DNA of 64,000 nt from an uncultured Vampirovibrionales bacterium. GTDB lineage: Bacteria > Cyanobacteriota > Vampirovibrionia > Vampirovibrionales > Vampirovibrionaceae. The stretch spans positions 21,272 to 85,271 of the forward strand of contig CAYLWC010000006.1 in assembly GCA_964387265.1 (NCBI GenBank), written 5' to 3'. The notes below the pieces were generated by a model. The model had not been told where the DNA came from, ran no database searches, and saw only the letters and a program-made list of their open reading frames with translations. The translations under genes and the position numbers were made by a program. This document shows, piece by piece, positions 18,559 through 27,326 of the stretch (position 1 is its first letter; every line of letters begins with the position of its first letter).

Positions 18559-19713
18559 CTAAACGGAGGAGAAGGTATCCGGTTTGGGTTTCCCTTGAGA
18601 TAGCAGGAACCAGGCCAGGCTATTTTTGGGGAAGTCTTGAAAAGACTGGAGAAAATAGGGTTGATGACCAGTATAATACCGCTCTACCAGTCGAATCGCC
18701 ATGAACATGTCCTCCTTCTCGACAACGGGGTATTCTGTGGACTTTTCTGCCAGATGGGCCAATATTCTGGCATACCAGCGGACCAGAGAATACGCGGCGC
18801 ATGCGATGCTAAACACGCCTGTTAAAGAGTGTCCATGGCTGAGTAGGACCTTACGGGTCAGGATATTGTATACAAACCCCTTGAGCAAGGGATCAAGCTC
18901 TGTGGGGATGGGGATTTTCTGGTGGTACCCGATGGAGACTCCCTGCCCAAAGATTTTGGGATCGGCATATTCGCGTTGGAAAAGTAGGGATACCCAACTT
19001 TGGGTGCCATAGGGCTTACGCAGCAATAACAGTGGGAGCCACCACTCGCTTAACTTTGGAAAACCCCATGAAAACACCATTGGCTGGAAAGCGGATGCCC
19101 TACCCCATAGCAACTCCCAACTCTGCTTCAGGGCAGAAGGGGTATTGTATTCAACCTGGTTAAAAATGCTTTGAATTTCTTCCTCAAACCGCGTGTATTC
19201 CTCAAATTCCAAGGAGGGGCTCCAGGGAAAAGAAGATAACGGTATTTTTTGGGGGAACGGCTGACTATTTAAGTTAGGTTCTGTTCCAGGTTTTGGGAGG
19301 ACGGGCTGAAATTTTCGGAGGAGTTGCTCCGCGACTGTTTTACAGGAAGCCGAAGTGTCATAGGCCATTTGTCCATCAGGCAGTATGGCGCCAGCAAAGG
19401 GGAAGTGTTTACAGTCTTCCGGTTTCAGTTCATAACTTTCATTAACTTCAATCAGGCATTTTTTGTCCTCACCCAGAAACACACACACATTCATGTCAGT
19501 GAGCGGAACCTGATAGAACCTGCCAGTCAAGGGTTTTAGTGCCCGGTTAAACCGGGCGAGCCGTTCCTGGACCCAGGACTTTTTCAGAAGCACCTGGGCT
19601 TTTTCTTCTTCCATCGGGATGAGCAGACTGCTGCAGCACTCACCGCAGAGCTGGCAACTAAAGTAGTTGGGTTGCGGAGATTCGCCAGTTTCGGGATGGG
19701 GGTGGGGTGCCAT
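18559..19713 (-). CDS. YkgJ-family (UPF0153) cysteine-cluster domain protein with a long C-terminal extension.
   Basis: N-terminal CQLCGECCSS plus a downstream Cys cluster typical of the putative Fe-S/Zn-binding YkgJ domain. At 384 aa it is much longer than typical family members. Confidence 0.5.
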   Translation of the reverse strand: MAPHPHPETGESPQPNYFSCQLCGECCSSLLIPMEEEKAQVLLKKSWVQERLARFNRALKPLTGRFYQVPLTDMNVCVFLGEDKKCLIEVNESYELKPEDCKHFPFAGAILPDGQMAYDTSASCKTVAEQLLRKFQPVLPKPGTEPNLNSQPFPQKIPLSSFPWSPSLEFEEYTRFEEEIQSIFNQVEYNTPSALKQSWELLWGRASAFQPMVFSWGFPKLSEWWLPLLLLRKPYGTQSWVSLLFQREYADPKIFGQGVSIGYHQKIPIPTELDPLLKGFVYNILTRKVLLSHGHSLTGVFSIACAAYSLVRWYARILAHLAEKSTEYPVVEKEDMFMAIRLVERYYTGHQPYFLQSFQDFPKNSLAWFLLSQGKPKPDTFSSV

Positions 19714-19773
19714 TTGATTACACGGGTTTTAGCATTCATAATAAGTAGGTTAAACAGAAATGGAAGTGAACGG

Positions 19774-20571
19774 ATGTACCCGGTCCTCTTTGAATTTTTT
19801 GGCCTGAAACTGTATTCTTTTGGCTTAATCGTCGCCTTGGCCGCCTTGGTGGCCATTCTTTGGATGATACGCCGAGCCCGTCAGGCCGGAGAAAATGAGG
19901 AACAGTACCTAGAGATTGCGTTCTGGCTCATTATATCAGGCTTTGTGGGAGCCCGGCTGTTTTATTTTATCTTTTTCCCGGAGCATTTTCTGGCGGATCC
20001 GTTGGGCGCTCTCTTGAGCCAGGGGGGCTTGGTCTGGTATGGCGGCATGATTGCCGTGACTTTGACGGTGATATTTTATACCCGCCTGAAGGGAATCAAT
20101 CTCTGGAAGTTTGGGGATGTCTTTGTTCCGACCGCCGCGCTGGCTTTGGCGATAGGTCGGATTGGCTGCCTGATGGCCGGGTGTTGTTACGGGGCGGTGT
20201 GCGAAGTACCCTGGGCCATTCATTACCCGCACGGTCATGAGACCGGTGGGCTGCCGGTGCATCCAACGCCCTTGTATGAGAGTTTTGCTTTGCTGGTGGT
20301 GACGGGCCTTTTGCTTCGGATTGATAAACGCAAGCCCTTTAATGGGCTGACCACCTGGATGTTCTTTATCATTTATGGGGTGGTGCGCTTTGTAATCGAG
20401 TACTACCGGGGGGATCGGCTGGTCTGGCTGGAGTCGTTCAACCTGAGCGCCAGCCAACTGATTAGTCTGGGCGGCATTCTCCTGGGCGTGGTGATGATCC
20501 TTATCCTTCGGACAAAACATCAAAACCATGCCCAGCCGGAGGCTTCCGCCCCCCAAGATCAGGCCGCGTAA
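19774..20571 (+). CDS. lgt: Prolipoprotein diacylglyceryl transferase.
   Basis: Lgt signature region (GRIGCLMAGCCYG), H-103-like and Y-235-like conserved residues, 7 TM. Start chosen at MYPVLFEF, while the ORF begins at 19672. Confidence 0.9.
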   Translation: MYPVLFEFFGLKLYSFGLIVALAALVAILWMIRRARQAGENEEQYLEIAFWLIISGFVGARLFYFIFFPEHFLADPLGALLSQGGLVWYGGMIAVTLTVIFYTRLKGINLWKFGDVFVPTAALALAIGRIGCLMAGCCYGAVCEVPWAIHYPHGHETGGLPVHPTPLYESFALLVVTGLLLRIDKRKPFNGLTTWMFFIIYGVVRFVIEYYRGDRLVWLESFNLSASQLISLGGILLGVVMILILRTKHQNHAQPEASAPQDQAA

Positions 20572-20656
20572 GAAACTGGACGGTCATTGCTGAGTCAACC
20601 ACTTCATGTTACATGTGTCAAATATTGAAGGGATATAACATGAAGGACACGATGAC

Positions 20657-21223
20657 ATGACCATGCAAATGAGACTCCCACAGGCCAGCCAGCCCCAGTT
20701 TGGAGGCATGCGCTTAAGATTTCAACAGCAAGAATCCGGGCAAAAGCACTATCAGATGGAGATTTTTGAATCGCGTCACCCCAATATCAAGCGAGATGCC
20801 CTGTGGGTGGATGTGGTGGATCCCAAGCTGAATAGTCTGATTGAGATCAAGCTGAAAAATAAGCAGGTGGGTGAGTTATCAGACCTGCTTCAAGCCGGTA
20901 AAGTCCAAACCCTGCTGGACAAATTCCCTACAACCCTGGGAGAGATTCTCCAGAGTTCGAAAACCCAAATGACGGATGCTAAAATTCACACTGGCGAGTT
21001 TCAGCTTCCCAAACGTTTTCAGGAAAAGCTCGCCAAATTTTACTTTGAGCGTCATAGGCACCGCATTTTACTTCATTTTGCAGACGCGCTGAACCAGGTG
21101 CCAACGCATTTAGTTGATATCAAGGCATTTTACAAAAAAATGGGTCTGTTTCCCGCTATCTATGAAGGTCGCAAGCTCTTTATTGATGGGGGACCTTATG
21201 AGTTGCCTGAACTAAAACAGTAA
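20657..21223 (+). CDS. Hypothetical protein.
   Basis: 188-aa ORF with no recognisable motifs. Its 3' end overlaps convergent ispF by 44 bp. Confidence 0.4.
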   Translation: MTMQMRLPQASQPQFGGMRLRFQQQESGQKHYQMEIFESRHPNIKRDALWVDVVDPKLNSLIEIKLKNKQVGELSDLLQAGKVQTLLDKFPTTLGEILQSSKTQMTDAKIHTGEFQLPKRFQEKLAKFYFERHRHRILLHFADALNQVPTHLVDIKAFYKKMGLFPAIYEGRKLFIDGGPYELPELKQ

Positions 21224-21677
21224 CCCCGGACGCGATTGCCTCCTGCGTGCCGATGGGCGGAAAGCCTTCTGCTGTTTTGGCCTTGACGGAAATTGCCTCC
21301 ACCGGAATATGCAGGCTGTTGGCAAGCTGTTCCCGAATGCGCTGCTTGTAGGGGTAGAGCTTGGGTATTTCCAGAAAAACCGTGCTGTCGATGTTGATCA
21401 CTTGCCAGTGGTGCGCTTGCAGGAGCCCCATCACTTTTTCCAGTAATACCAGGCTGCTGATGTTTTTGTACTGCGGGTCTGAGGGTGGGAAGTGATCGCC
21501 AATATCTCCCAGACCAGTGGCCCCCAGTAAAGCATCAATCAGCGCATGAAGCAGAACATCTCCGTCAGAATGGGCCTCACTGCCGACCGGGCTGTCAATC
21601 AGGATACCCCCAATCATTAAAGGCTTGCCTGCCACCAGTCGGTGGAGATCATAACCTTGCCCAATCCGAATGTTCAT
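21180..21677 (-). CDS. ispF: 2-C-methyl-D-erythritol 2,4-cyclodiphosphate synthase.
   Basis: IGQGYDLHRL...HSDGDVLLHALIDALLGA...GDIGDHFPPSD motifs. 165 aa. Confidence 0.9.
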   Translation of the reverse strand: MNIRIGQGYDLHRLVAGKPLMIGGILIDSPVGSEAHSDGDVLLHALIDALLGATGLGDIGDHFPPSDPQYKNISSLVLLEKVMGLLQAHHWQVINIDSTVFLEIPKLYPYKQRIREQLANSLHIPVEAISVKAKTAEGFPPIGTQEAIASGVTVLVQATHKVPHQ

Positions 21678-21682
21678 TTCCA

Positions 21683-22507
21683 TCAGCGATTCAAGGGCAT
21701 GTGGCCCAGAACAAATTGCTCGATGGCGTTGGCCGCCCCGTCCTCATCAACCGTCTCGGTCACGTAATTGGCGATGGCCTTGACTTCATCCGGTGCGTTG
21801 CCCATCGCAACGCCGATACCGGCATGGGTGAGCATGGAGACGTCGTTGCCCTGATCCCCAATAGCCATTACCTGATGGGGTTGAATGCCCCAGTGATCGG
21901 CTAACTGCTTGAGGGCGTTCCACTTGGAGGCGTCCGGGTCGATAATCTCGCAGAAGTTGAAGCGGGATTGACACACACTGAGCCGGGGACCGAAGCGCTC
22001 TTTGAGAGCTCCCAGCAGTTCCGGGACCCGGTTATCATCAATGGCCATAATCTTGGTGGGATCCAGTCCATGATCATCCAGGGCCGTCAGCAGACAAGGG
22101 GCCAGACGGGGGGTAATGCCGGAAGTTTTGGCGTAGGAGGCTGAGTAATGGGGGTGATCGGTGGTCCAGAGCTGGTCGTTGATATATAAATTTGTATGGT
22201 ATTTCCCATCGACCAACAGCTCCAGAACCTCCTTGGCCACCTGCAGCGGGATGGGCTTATGAAAACGCATACTGTGGCCATTGTCCAGATTTTTAATCAT
22301 TGCCCCCTGATAAATGACCAAGGGTTCCACAATGCCGATTTGCGTGGCAAAGGGCAATGCGGAAGTAAACATTCGCCCTGTTGCAATGACCACACGGACA
22401 TCAGTATTCTGAATGAGGTGTTTGAGGACTTTGAGGGTTTTATCTGATATTTTCAGGTCCTCATTGACAATGGTTCCGTCCAAATCGAGTGCGACCATCT
22501 TGATCAT
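21683..22507 (-). CDS. Cof-type HAD-IIB family hydrolase (sugar-phosphatase-like).
   Basis: MVALDLDGTIV DxD motif at the N-terminus and C-terminal GDQGNDVSML motif. Confidence 0.8.
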   Translation of the reverse strand: MIKMVALDLDGTIVNEDLKISDKTLKVLKHLIQNTDVRVVIATGRMFTSALPFATQIGIVEPLVIYQGAMIKNLDNGHSMRFHKPIPLQVAKEVLELLVDGKYHTNLYINDQLWTTDHPHYSASYAKTSGITPRLAPCLLTALDDHGLDPTKIMAIDDNRVPELLGALKERFGPRLSVCQSRFNFCEIIDPDASKWNALKQLADHWGIQPHQVMAIGDQGNDVSMLTHAGIGVAMGNAPDEVKAIANYVTETVDEDGAANAIEQFVLGHMPLNR

Positions 22508-22726
22508 GCGCGTTTTTCCACCCTATCGCTGTAACGGTTCTATTGTAGTGCAACCGCTTCCACCGGGGAAGAAAGTATATATCAAGAGAATATGCGATCG
22601 ACATTGAAATCCAAAAATATTCTAAAGACGAACTGAAACCTTTTTGTGGGTGGTAAAATTTGGGTACCGAATTGGATCGTTTACGATCGGGTTTGACCAT
22701 TTGAATCATCGGGGGTCACCACGCTT

Positions 22727-23857
22727 ATGGCACAACCGCTTCAGTTGAAAAAGCCTTGTCAAAAGGAAGATTTTCGGGATTTCAGCCTGGAGAAGCAGCA
22801 GCCGGAATGGCACGATTGGAAATGGCAGTTCCGCAACCGAGTGACCACGCTGGAGACCTTAAAGCAGTTTATGCTGGTTACGCCTGAGGAGGAAAAGGCC
22901 TTTCAGGCCGCTGGGAAGAACCTGCCCTTTGCGGTGACGCCCTATTATCTGGATTTGATCAACCCCTGTGATCCCCAAGATCCTATCCGGAAGACCGTGA
23001 TCCCCAGAGTGGCCGAGTTCACCACCGCCCCATCAGAAATGGTCGACCCCTGTGGGGAAGACAGCCATATGCCGGTGCCGGGGCTGGTCCATCGCTACCC
23101 GGATCGGGTGTTGTTTCTGGTGAATGAGACTTGTTCGGTCTATTGCCGTTACTGCACCCGCAGTCGTCTGGTGGGGAGCGGGAAGCATCAGGTCGAGTTT
23201 GGTGAGGTGTATGAGTACCTCCGGAATCACCCGGAAGTGCGGGATGTCTTGATTTCCGGCGGGGATCCCCTGGTGATGTCTGACGAGAAGCTGGAAGGGA
23301 TTATCCAAAATCTACGGGCCATTCCCCACTTGGATATTGTGCGGATCGGGTCCAAAATCCCTGTGGTGTTGCCGCAGCGCATTACCGATGATCTGGTGAA
23401 TATGCTCAAAAAGTGCCATCCCTTCTACATGAGCATTCATTTCCTGCACCCCGCGGAAATTACGCCGGAGGTGGAAGCCGCTTGCAACAAGCTGGCGGAT
23501 GCGGGTATTCCTACCTTTAGCCAGACGGTGCTGCTGAAAGGGGTGAATGATGATCCGGCGGTGATGAAGGAGCTGATGCTCAAACTGCTGAAGATCCGGG
23601 TACGGCCTTATTACATTTACCAGTGCGATCCTGTTCAGGGGACCACCCATTTCCGCACTTCTGTGGATAAAGGACTGGAAATCATGGAGCATTTGCGGGG
23701 GCATATTACCGGGTACGGGGTGCCAACCTATGTGATTGACGCGCCTGGCGGGGGTGGGAAGATTCCCATCTCGCCTGATTACATTGTTTCCCGTGAGCCT
23801 GGGAAGATCACCCTGCGCAACTTCCGAAATCAAGTTTACGAGTACATCGACTCCTAA
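22727..23857 (+). CDS. KamA-family radical SAM aminomutase (lysine 2,3-aminomutase-like).
   Basis: CSVYCRYCTR CxxxCxxC radical-SAM cluster and KamA-type N- and C-terminal regions. 376 aa. Confidence 0.85.
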   Translation: MAQPLQLKKPCQKEDFRDFSLEKQQPEWHDWKWQFRNRVTTLETLKQFMLVTPEEEKAFQAAGKNLPFAVTPYYLDLINPCDPQDPIRKTVIPRVAEFTTAPSEMVDPCGEDSHMPVPGLVHRYPDRVLFLVNETCSVYCRYCTRSRLVGSGKHQVEFGEVYEYLRNHPEVRDVLISGGDPLVMSDEKLEGIIQNLRAIPHLDIVRIGSKIPVVLPQRITDDLVNMLKKCHPFYMSIHFLHPAEITPEVEAACNKLADAGIPTFSQTVLLKGVNDDPAVMKELMLKLLKIRVRPYYIYQCDPVQGTTHFRTSVDKGLEIMEHLRGHITGYGVPTYVIDAPGGGGKIPISPDYIVSREPGKITLRNFRNQVYEYIDS

Positions 23858-23865
23858 TGCCTTCA

Positions 23866-24040
23866 AGTGCTCCTAACTTATGGGCACTTGCACTGTCTGA
23901 GCACGCTGAGTTATAAAAAATGTCCAGCCGAAGCCTTGCAGGCTGGGCCACATGCAATTTGCTTGAAGCGCGCGCAGTTAGCAGAGTGCCCTAGCGGGCG
24001 GGGGTTGTAGGGGGGCCAGTAATGCGGCCCCTACAAAAAA
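23866..24040. repeat. Structured intergenic repeat element, copy A (second copy at 57972-58130).
   Basis: Shared blocks with copy B: CTAACTT, TGAGCAC, ATAAAAAATG, a hairpin with the identical 11-nt loop GAAGCCTTGCA, GCGCGCAGTT, CCTAGCGGG, and a 3' GC hairpin. All three helices are maintained by compensatory substitutions. Confidence 0.7.
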
Positions 24041-24152
24041 ATTGCAGATATGAACAGTAGTAAATGGATTTTTTACTACATATCAAGTAGATTGTTTTTT
24101 CCCCTACAATAGCAAGTGTGACGTTGCGAACTTCTTTGGGAGAACATGGGTT

Positions 24153-26705
24153 TTGGCTAATATCTGGCAGTTTCGGGGTCCAGAATCGGTTGAATTGACC
24201 GCAGATATTCTGCAAGCGGCAGAGGGGGCCCCGCTCCTGGCGAAGCTGCTCCTGAATCGAGGCATCTCAACCCCGGAAGAGATTCAGGAATTTCTGGATC
24301 TGGAAAGCTATGAGCCGACTTCTGGCTGGGAATTGCCGGATATGAAGGTGGCGGTCGAACGGATTCTAAAGGCCCTGGAGACTCAAGAACATATCCTGAT
24401 CTACGGGGATTTTGATGTGGACGGGATTACCGGTACCTCGATCCTTTACGAAACTCTCAAATACCTGGGCGCCAACGTTAGCTATTACATCCCGGATCGG
24501 GCTACCGAAGGCCATGGCCTTAATACCGCTGCGGTGATTCGCTTGACCAGCACCCGGAAAGTCAAATTGGTGATTACCACCGATACCGGGATCACCAATT
24601 TTAACGAAGTGAGCCTGCTCAATGGCCTCAAGGTCGATACCATTGTCACGGATCACCATGAATTGCCGGAAAACCTGCCTCCCGCCATCGCCAACGTCAA
24701 CCCCAAACGATTTCCCGATCAAAGTCATCCTCTGGCGCCCTTATGCGGGGCCGGGGTGGCCTATAAACTCTGTGAACTGTTGCTGGAAACCAAAAAAGGA
24801 GAGGCAGGGCTTCTTTTCGCCAATCAATTGCTGGACTTGACGGCTATCGGGACCGTCGCGGATTTGGCGTCGCTCTTAAAAGAGAACCGCTATCTGGTCT
24901 ATCAGGGCCTGAAGATTCTAAATACCCGAGGGCGGCTGGGTATCCAGAAAATCCTGGAGCAGGCCGGGACCAACCCGGAGGCCGTTTTAACCAGTGAAAC
25001 CGTTGGCTTTACCATTGGCCCCAGGCTGAATGCGATTGGCCGCCTGGATAATGCCAAGGACGCCGTGGAGCTGCTGACCACCAAGGACCCGGAACGGGCT
25101 CAGGTGATTGCCTCTCGCCTGGAGTATCTCAACCGACAGCGGCGAGAACTCTGTGATCAGACGTTTTTGGAGGCTGAGCGACACCTTTCCGCGACTGGCG
25201 GGCTGGGCAGCCGACGGGCGATTATTCTGGCCAGCCCCCACTGGAACCTGGGGATTATCGGCATTGTCGCTTCCCGGTTGATTGAAAAGTATCATGTGCC
25301 GGTCTTTATGATGGTGGTGGATGAGTCCAAGGGGGAAGCCCGGTGTTCCGCTCGCTCTATCCCTGGTTTTCACCTTCATGATGAGCTGTTGGCATTGCAA
25401 CAGTACTTCCTCCACTTTGGCGGCCATGCCGGGGCTGGTGGCTTTTCCATCAAAATGGAGCAGTTGGAGCGTTTCAAGCAGGAACTGTATGCCCTGACGG
25501 AGCGAAAAATCACCGAAGAGCAGATGAAACCTATTATAGAAGTAGAGGCCAAGCTGGAATGGTCTCAGCTGAACCCGCATTTGGTGGAGCTGATTGCGAA
25601 AATGGCCCCCTTTGGCATGGACAACCCCGCGCCCAAGTTTGTGCTGGAAAATGTGACTATCTCAGCCCAGCGGGGGATTGGGGAAGGCGAGCGCCATCTC
25701 AAGCTCATGCTGACGTGTAAAGGCGGAACCGCCCCCATTGAAGGCTTGATCTGGAACGCCAAGGAGCGCCTGAACCCGAAATATCCCCATAATTTTGTGG
25801 TGGTGCCGGAATTGAATACCTTTAACAACACCACCAAGGTCCAGCTGATGATTGAGGATTACCAGTCTCCAGAAAACCGGGATCTTCCGGTCACCTCGGC
25901 TACCAAGGTCGCCTCAGTTGTGGCCACCGCCCCGGTGAAGGTGGCGACCGTACCCGCCGTGGCAGAAGAGGACCCCGGTATCCGCTGGGTGGATCACCGG
26001 AGTCGGGAGTCCGTGGAGTCCTTTATTGGCCAGTTAATGCGACCCTTGCAGGAACAGAGAAAGCTGGTGATTTATCATGAGGGCCGAAAGCCAGAGATTC
26101 CCTTCCTGAAAGAAGAGCTGTTGTGTGGGCGCCTGGACTTGCGTCAGGCCGATGAGCTGATTCTCTGGGATCTGCCGCCGTCACTAGAGAGCTTGCAGCA
26201 AGTGCTTCAGGGGGTGCAACCGGAAGTGATTCACCTGGTGGGTGGAAAATACCAAACGGTTCCGGTCTTCCCTACGGGGCAAATGTTTCTGAAGGTGATT
26301 TTGCAAGGGATCAAGCGCCAAATGGCCGAGGAAAAGGCCAATGTGGTCGAGGTTGAGTTTGCCACGTTTGCCGGGAAACTCGCTGGAACCGAACCGGTGG
26401 TGACCAACGGCCTGATTTTGCTGGGCAAACTGGGGCTGATCCATGCTGGGGTGGTGGAAGGCTCCAAGGAATCATCGGAAGCCCCCTGGTCTGCCATTCG
26501 AGTCACCCTGAACCCGCAGCCGCCCGCCATTGAAAACATTACCCAGTACCTGGAGTTTATGGCCTTTCAAAACGCCCTGCGGGAAGTTGGGAAATTTCGG
26601 AACTGGCTGTTAAGCGCCCCTCTTGATAGAATTAAAACCACAGTACTGTTCAATCGCCATGAGAAGGAAGCAAACCCCCATGTCTACCACGCCGCAGCTC
26701 GATAA
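24153..26705 (+). CDS. recJ: Single-stranded-DNA-specific exonuclease RecJ (long form, 850 aa).
   Basis: DHH motifs (LIYGDFDVDGITG, VITTDTGI, VTDHHE), DHHA1 domain (GGHAGAGG), then an additional C-terminal extension of about 270 aa. Confidence 0.85.
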   Translation: MANIWQFRGPESVELTADILQAAEGAPLLAKLLLNRGISTPEEIQEFLDLESYEPTSGWELPDMKVAVERILKALETQEHILIYGDFDVDGITGTSILYETLKYLGANVSYYIPDRATEGHGLNTAAVIRLTSTRKVKLVITTDTGITNFNEVSLLNGLKVDTIVTDHHELPENLPPAIANVNPKRFPDQSHPLAPLCGAGVAYKLCELLLETKKGEAGLLFANQLLDLTAIGTVADLASLLKENRYLVYQGLKILNTRGRLGIQKILEQAGTNPEAVLTSETVGFTIGPRLNAIGRLDNAKDAVELLTTKDPERAQVIASRLEYLNRQRRELCDQTFLEAERHLSATGGLGSRRAIILASPHWNLGIIGIVASRLIEKYHVPVFMMVVDESKGEARCSARSIPGFHLHDELLALQQYFLHFGGHAGAGGFSIKMEQLERFKQELYALTERKITEEQMKPIIEVEAKLEWSQLNPHLVELIAKMAPFGMDNPAPKFVLENVTISAQRGIGEGERHLKLMLTCKGGTAPIEGLIWNAKERLNPKYPHNFVVVPELNTFNNTTKVQLMIEDYQSPENRDLPVTSATKVASVVATAPVKVATVPAVAEEDPGIRWVDHRSRESVESFIGQLMRPLQEQRKLVIYHEGRKPEIPFLKEELLCGRLDLRQADELILWDLPPSLESLQQVLQGVQPEVIHLVGGKYQTVPVFPTGQMFLKVILQGIKRQMAEEKANVVEVEFATFAGKLAGTEPVVTNGLILLGKLGLIHAGVVEGSKESSEAPWSAIRVTLNPQPPAIENITQYLEFMAFQNALREVGKFRNWLLSAPLDRIKTTVLFNRHEKEANPHVYHAAAR

Positions 26706-27234
26706 GATTGATGTCGAACGAATTAAGACCGCCATCCGGGATGTGCCGGATTTCCCGAAACCGGGCATTCTGTTTAAGGATATTACCACGGTTTTAAAAG
26801 ACTCTGAGCTTTTTAACGACTGTATCGATTATTTTTATCACCAATTACGGGATAAGAAAGTGCATTATGTCGCAGGGATCGAGTCTCGTGGGTTTGTTTT
26901 GGGCGCGCCGCTCGCCTATAAGTTGGGTGTAGGCTTTGTGCCGATCCGGAAGATGGGTAAACTGCCTGGTTTGGTGGAGCGCCATGAGTATGATCTGGAA
27001 TATGGCTCAGATGTGGTGGAAGTCCATGTGGACGCCTTTGAGCCAGGGAAAAACGTGGTGCTGATCGATGACCTGCTGGCCACCGGTGGAACCGCTGGGG
27101 CAGCCGGTAAGCTGATTGAGAAGCTGAACGCCAACCTGGTGGCCACCATGTTCATGATTGAACTCAATTTCTTGAACGGACGGGAAAAATTACCGCAAAA
27201 CGCGCCCATCTATTCCATGATTCAATACGAGTAG
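26680..27234 (+). CDS. apt: Adenine phosphoribosyltransferase.
   Basis: PRPP-binding motif VVLIDDLLATGGT and FKDIT N-terminal motif. Start chosen at MSTTPQL and overlaps the recJ 3' end. The ORF begins at 26623. Confidence 0.85.
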   Translation: MSTTPQLDKIDVERIKTAIRDVPDFPKPGILFKDITTVLKDSELFNDCIDYFYHQLRDKKVHYVAGIESRGFVLGAPLAYKLGVGFVPIRKMGKLPGLVERHEYDLEYGSDVVEVHVDAFEPGKNVVLIDDLLATGGTAGAAGKLIEKLNANLVATMFMIELNFLNGREKLPQNAPIYSMIQYE

Positions 27235-27252
27235 ACAAGAAGAATCGATTCG

Positions 27253-27286
27253 AAAAAAGTGACCTGTTGAGACAGGTCACTTTTTT
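27253..27286. terminator. Bidirectional intrinsic terminator between convergent genes.
   Basis: AAAAAAGTGACCTG-ttgaga-CAGGTCACTTTTTT: a perfect 8-9 bp stem flanked by A6 and T6. Confidence 0.75.
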
Positions 27287-27326
27287 ATGATGTTTGTAGC
27301 GTTAGAAAACGCAACCTGTGAGCCCT

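Noticed and set aside
21180-21223. Convergent coding overlaps: 44 bp between hypothetical 20657..21223 and ispF, 16 bp at 11352..11367, and 21 bp at 63221..63241.
   Set aside because: Short 3'-end overlaps of convergent genes occur in compact genomes. They may instead indicate that the hypothetical partners (20657..21223, 11352..12557) are mis-called or shorter than shown. Not informative by themselves.
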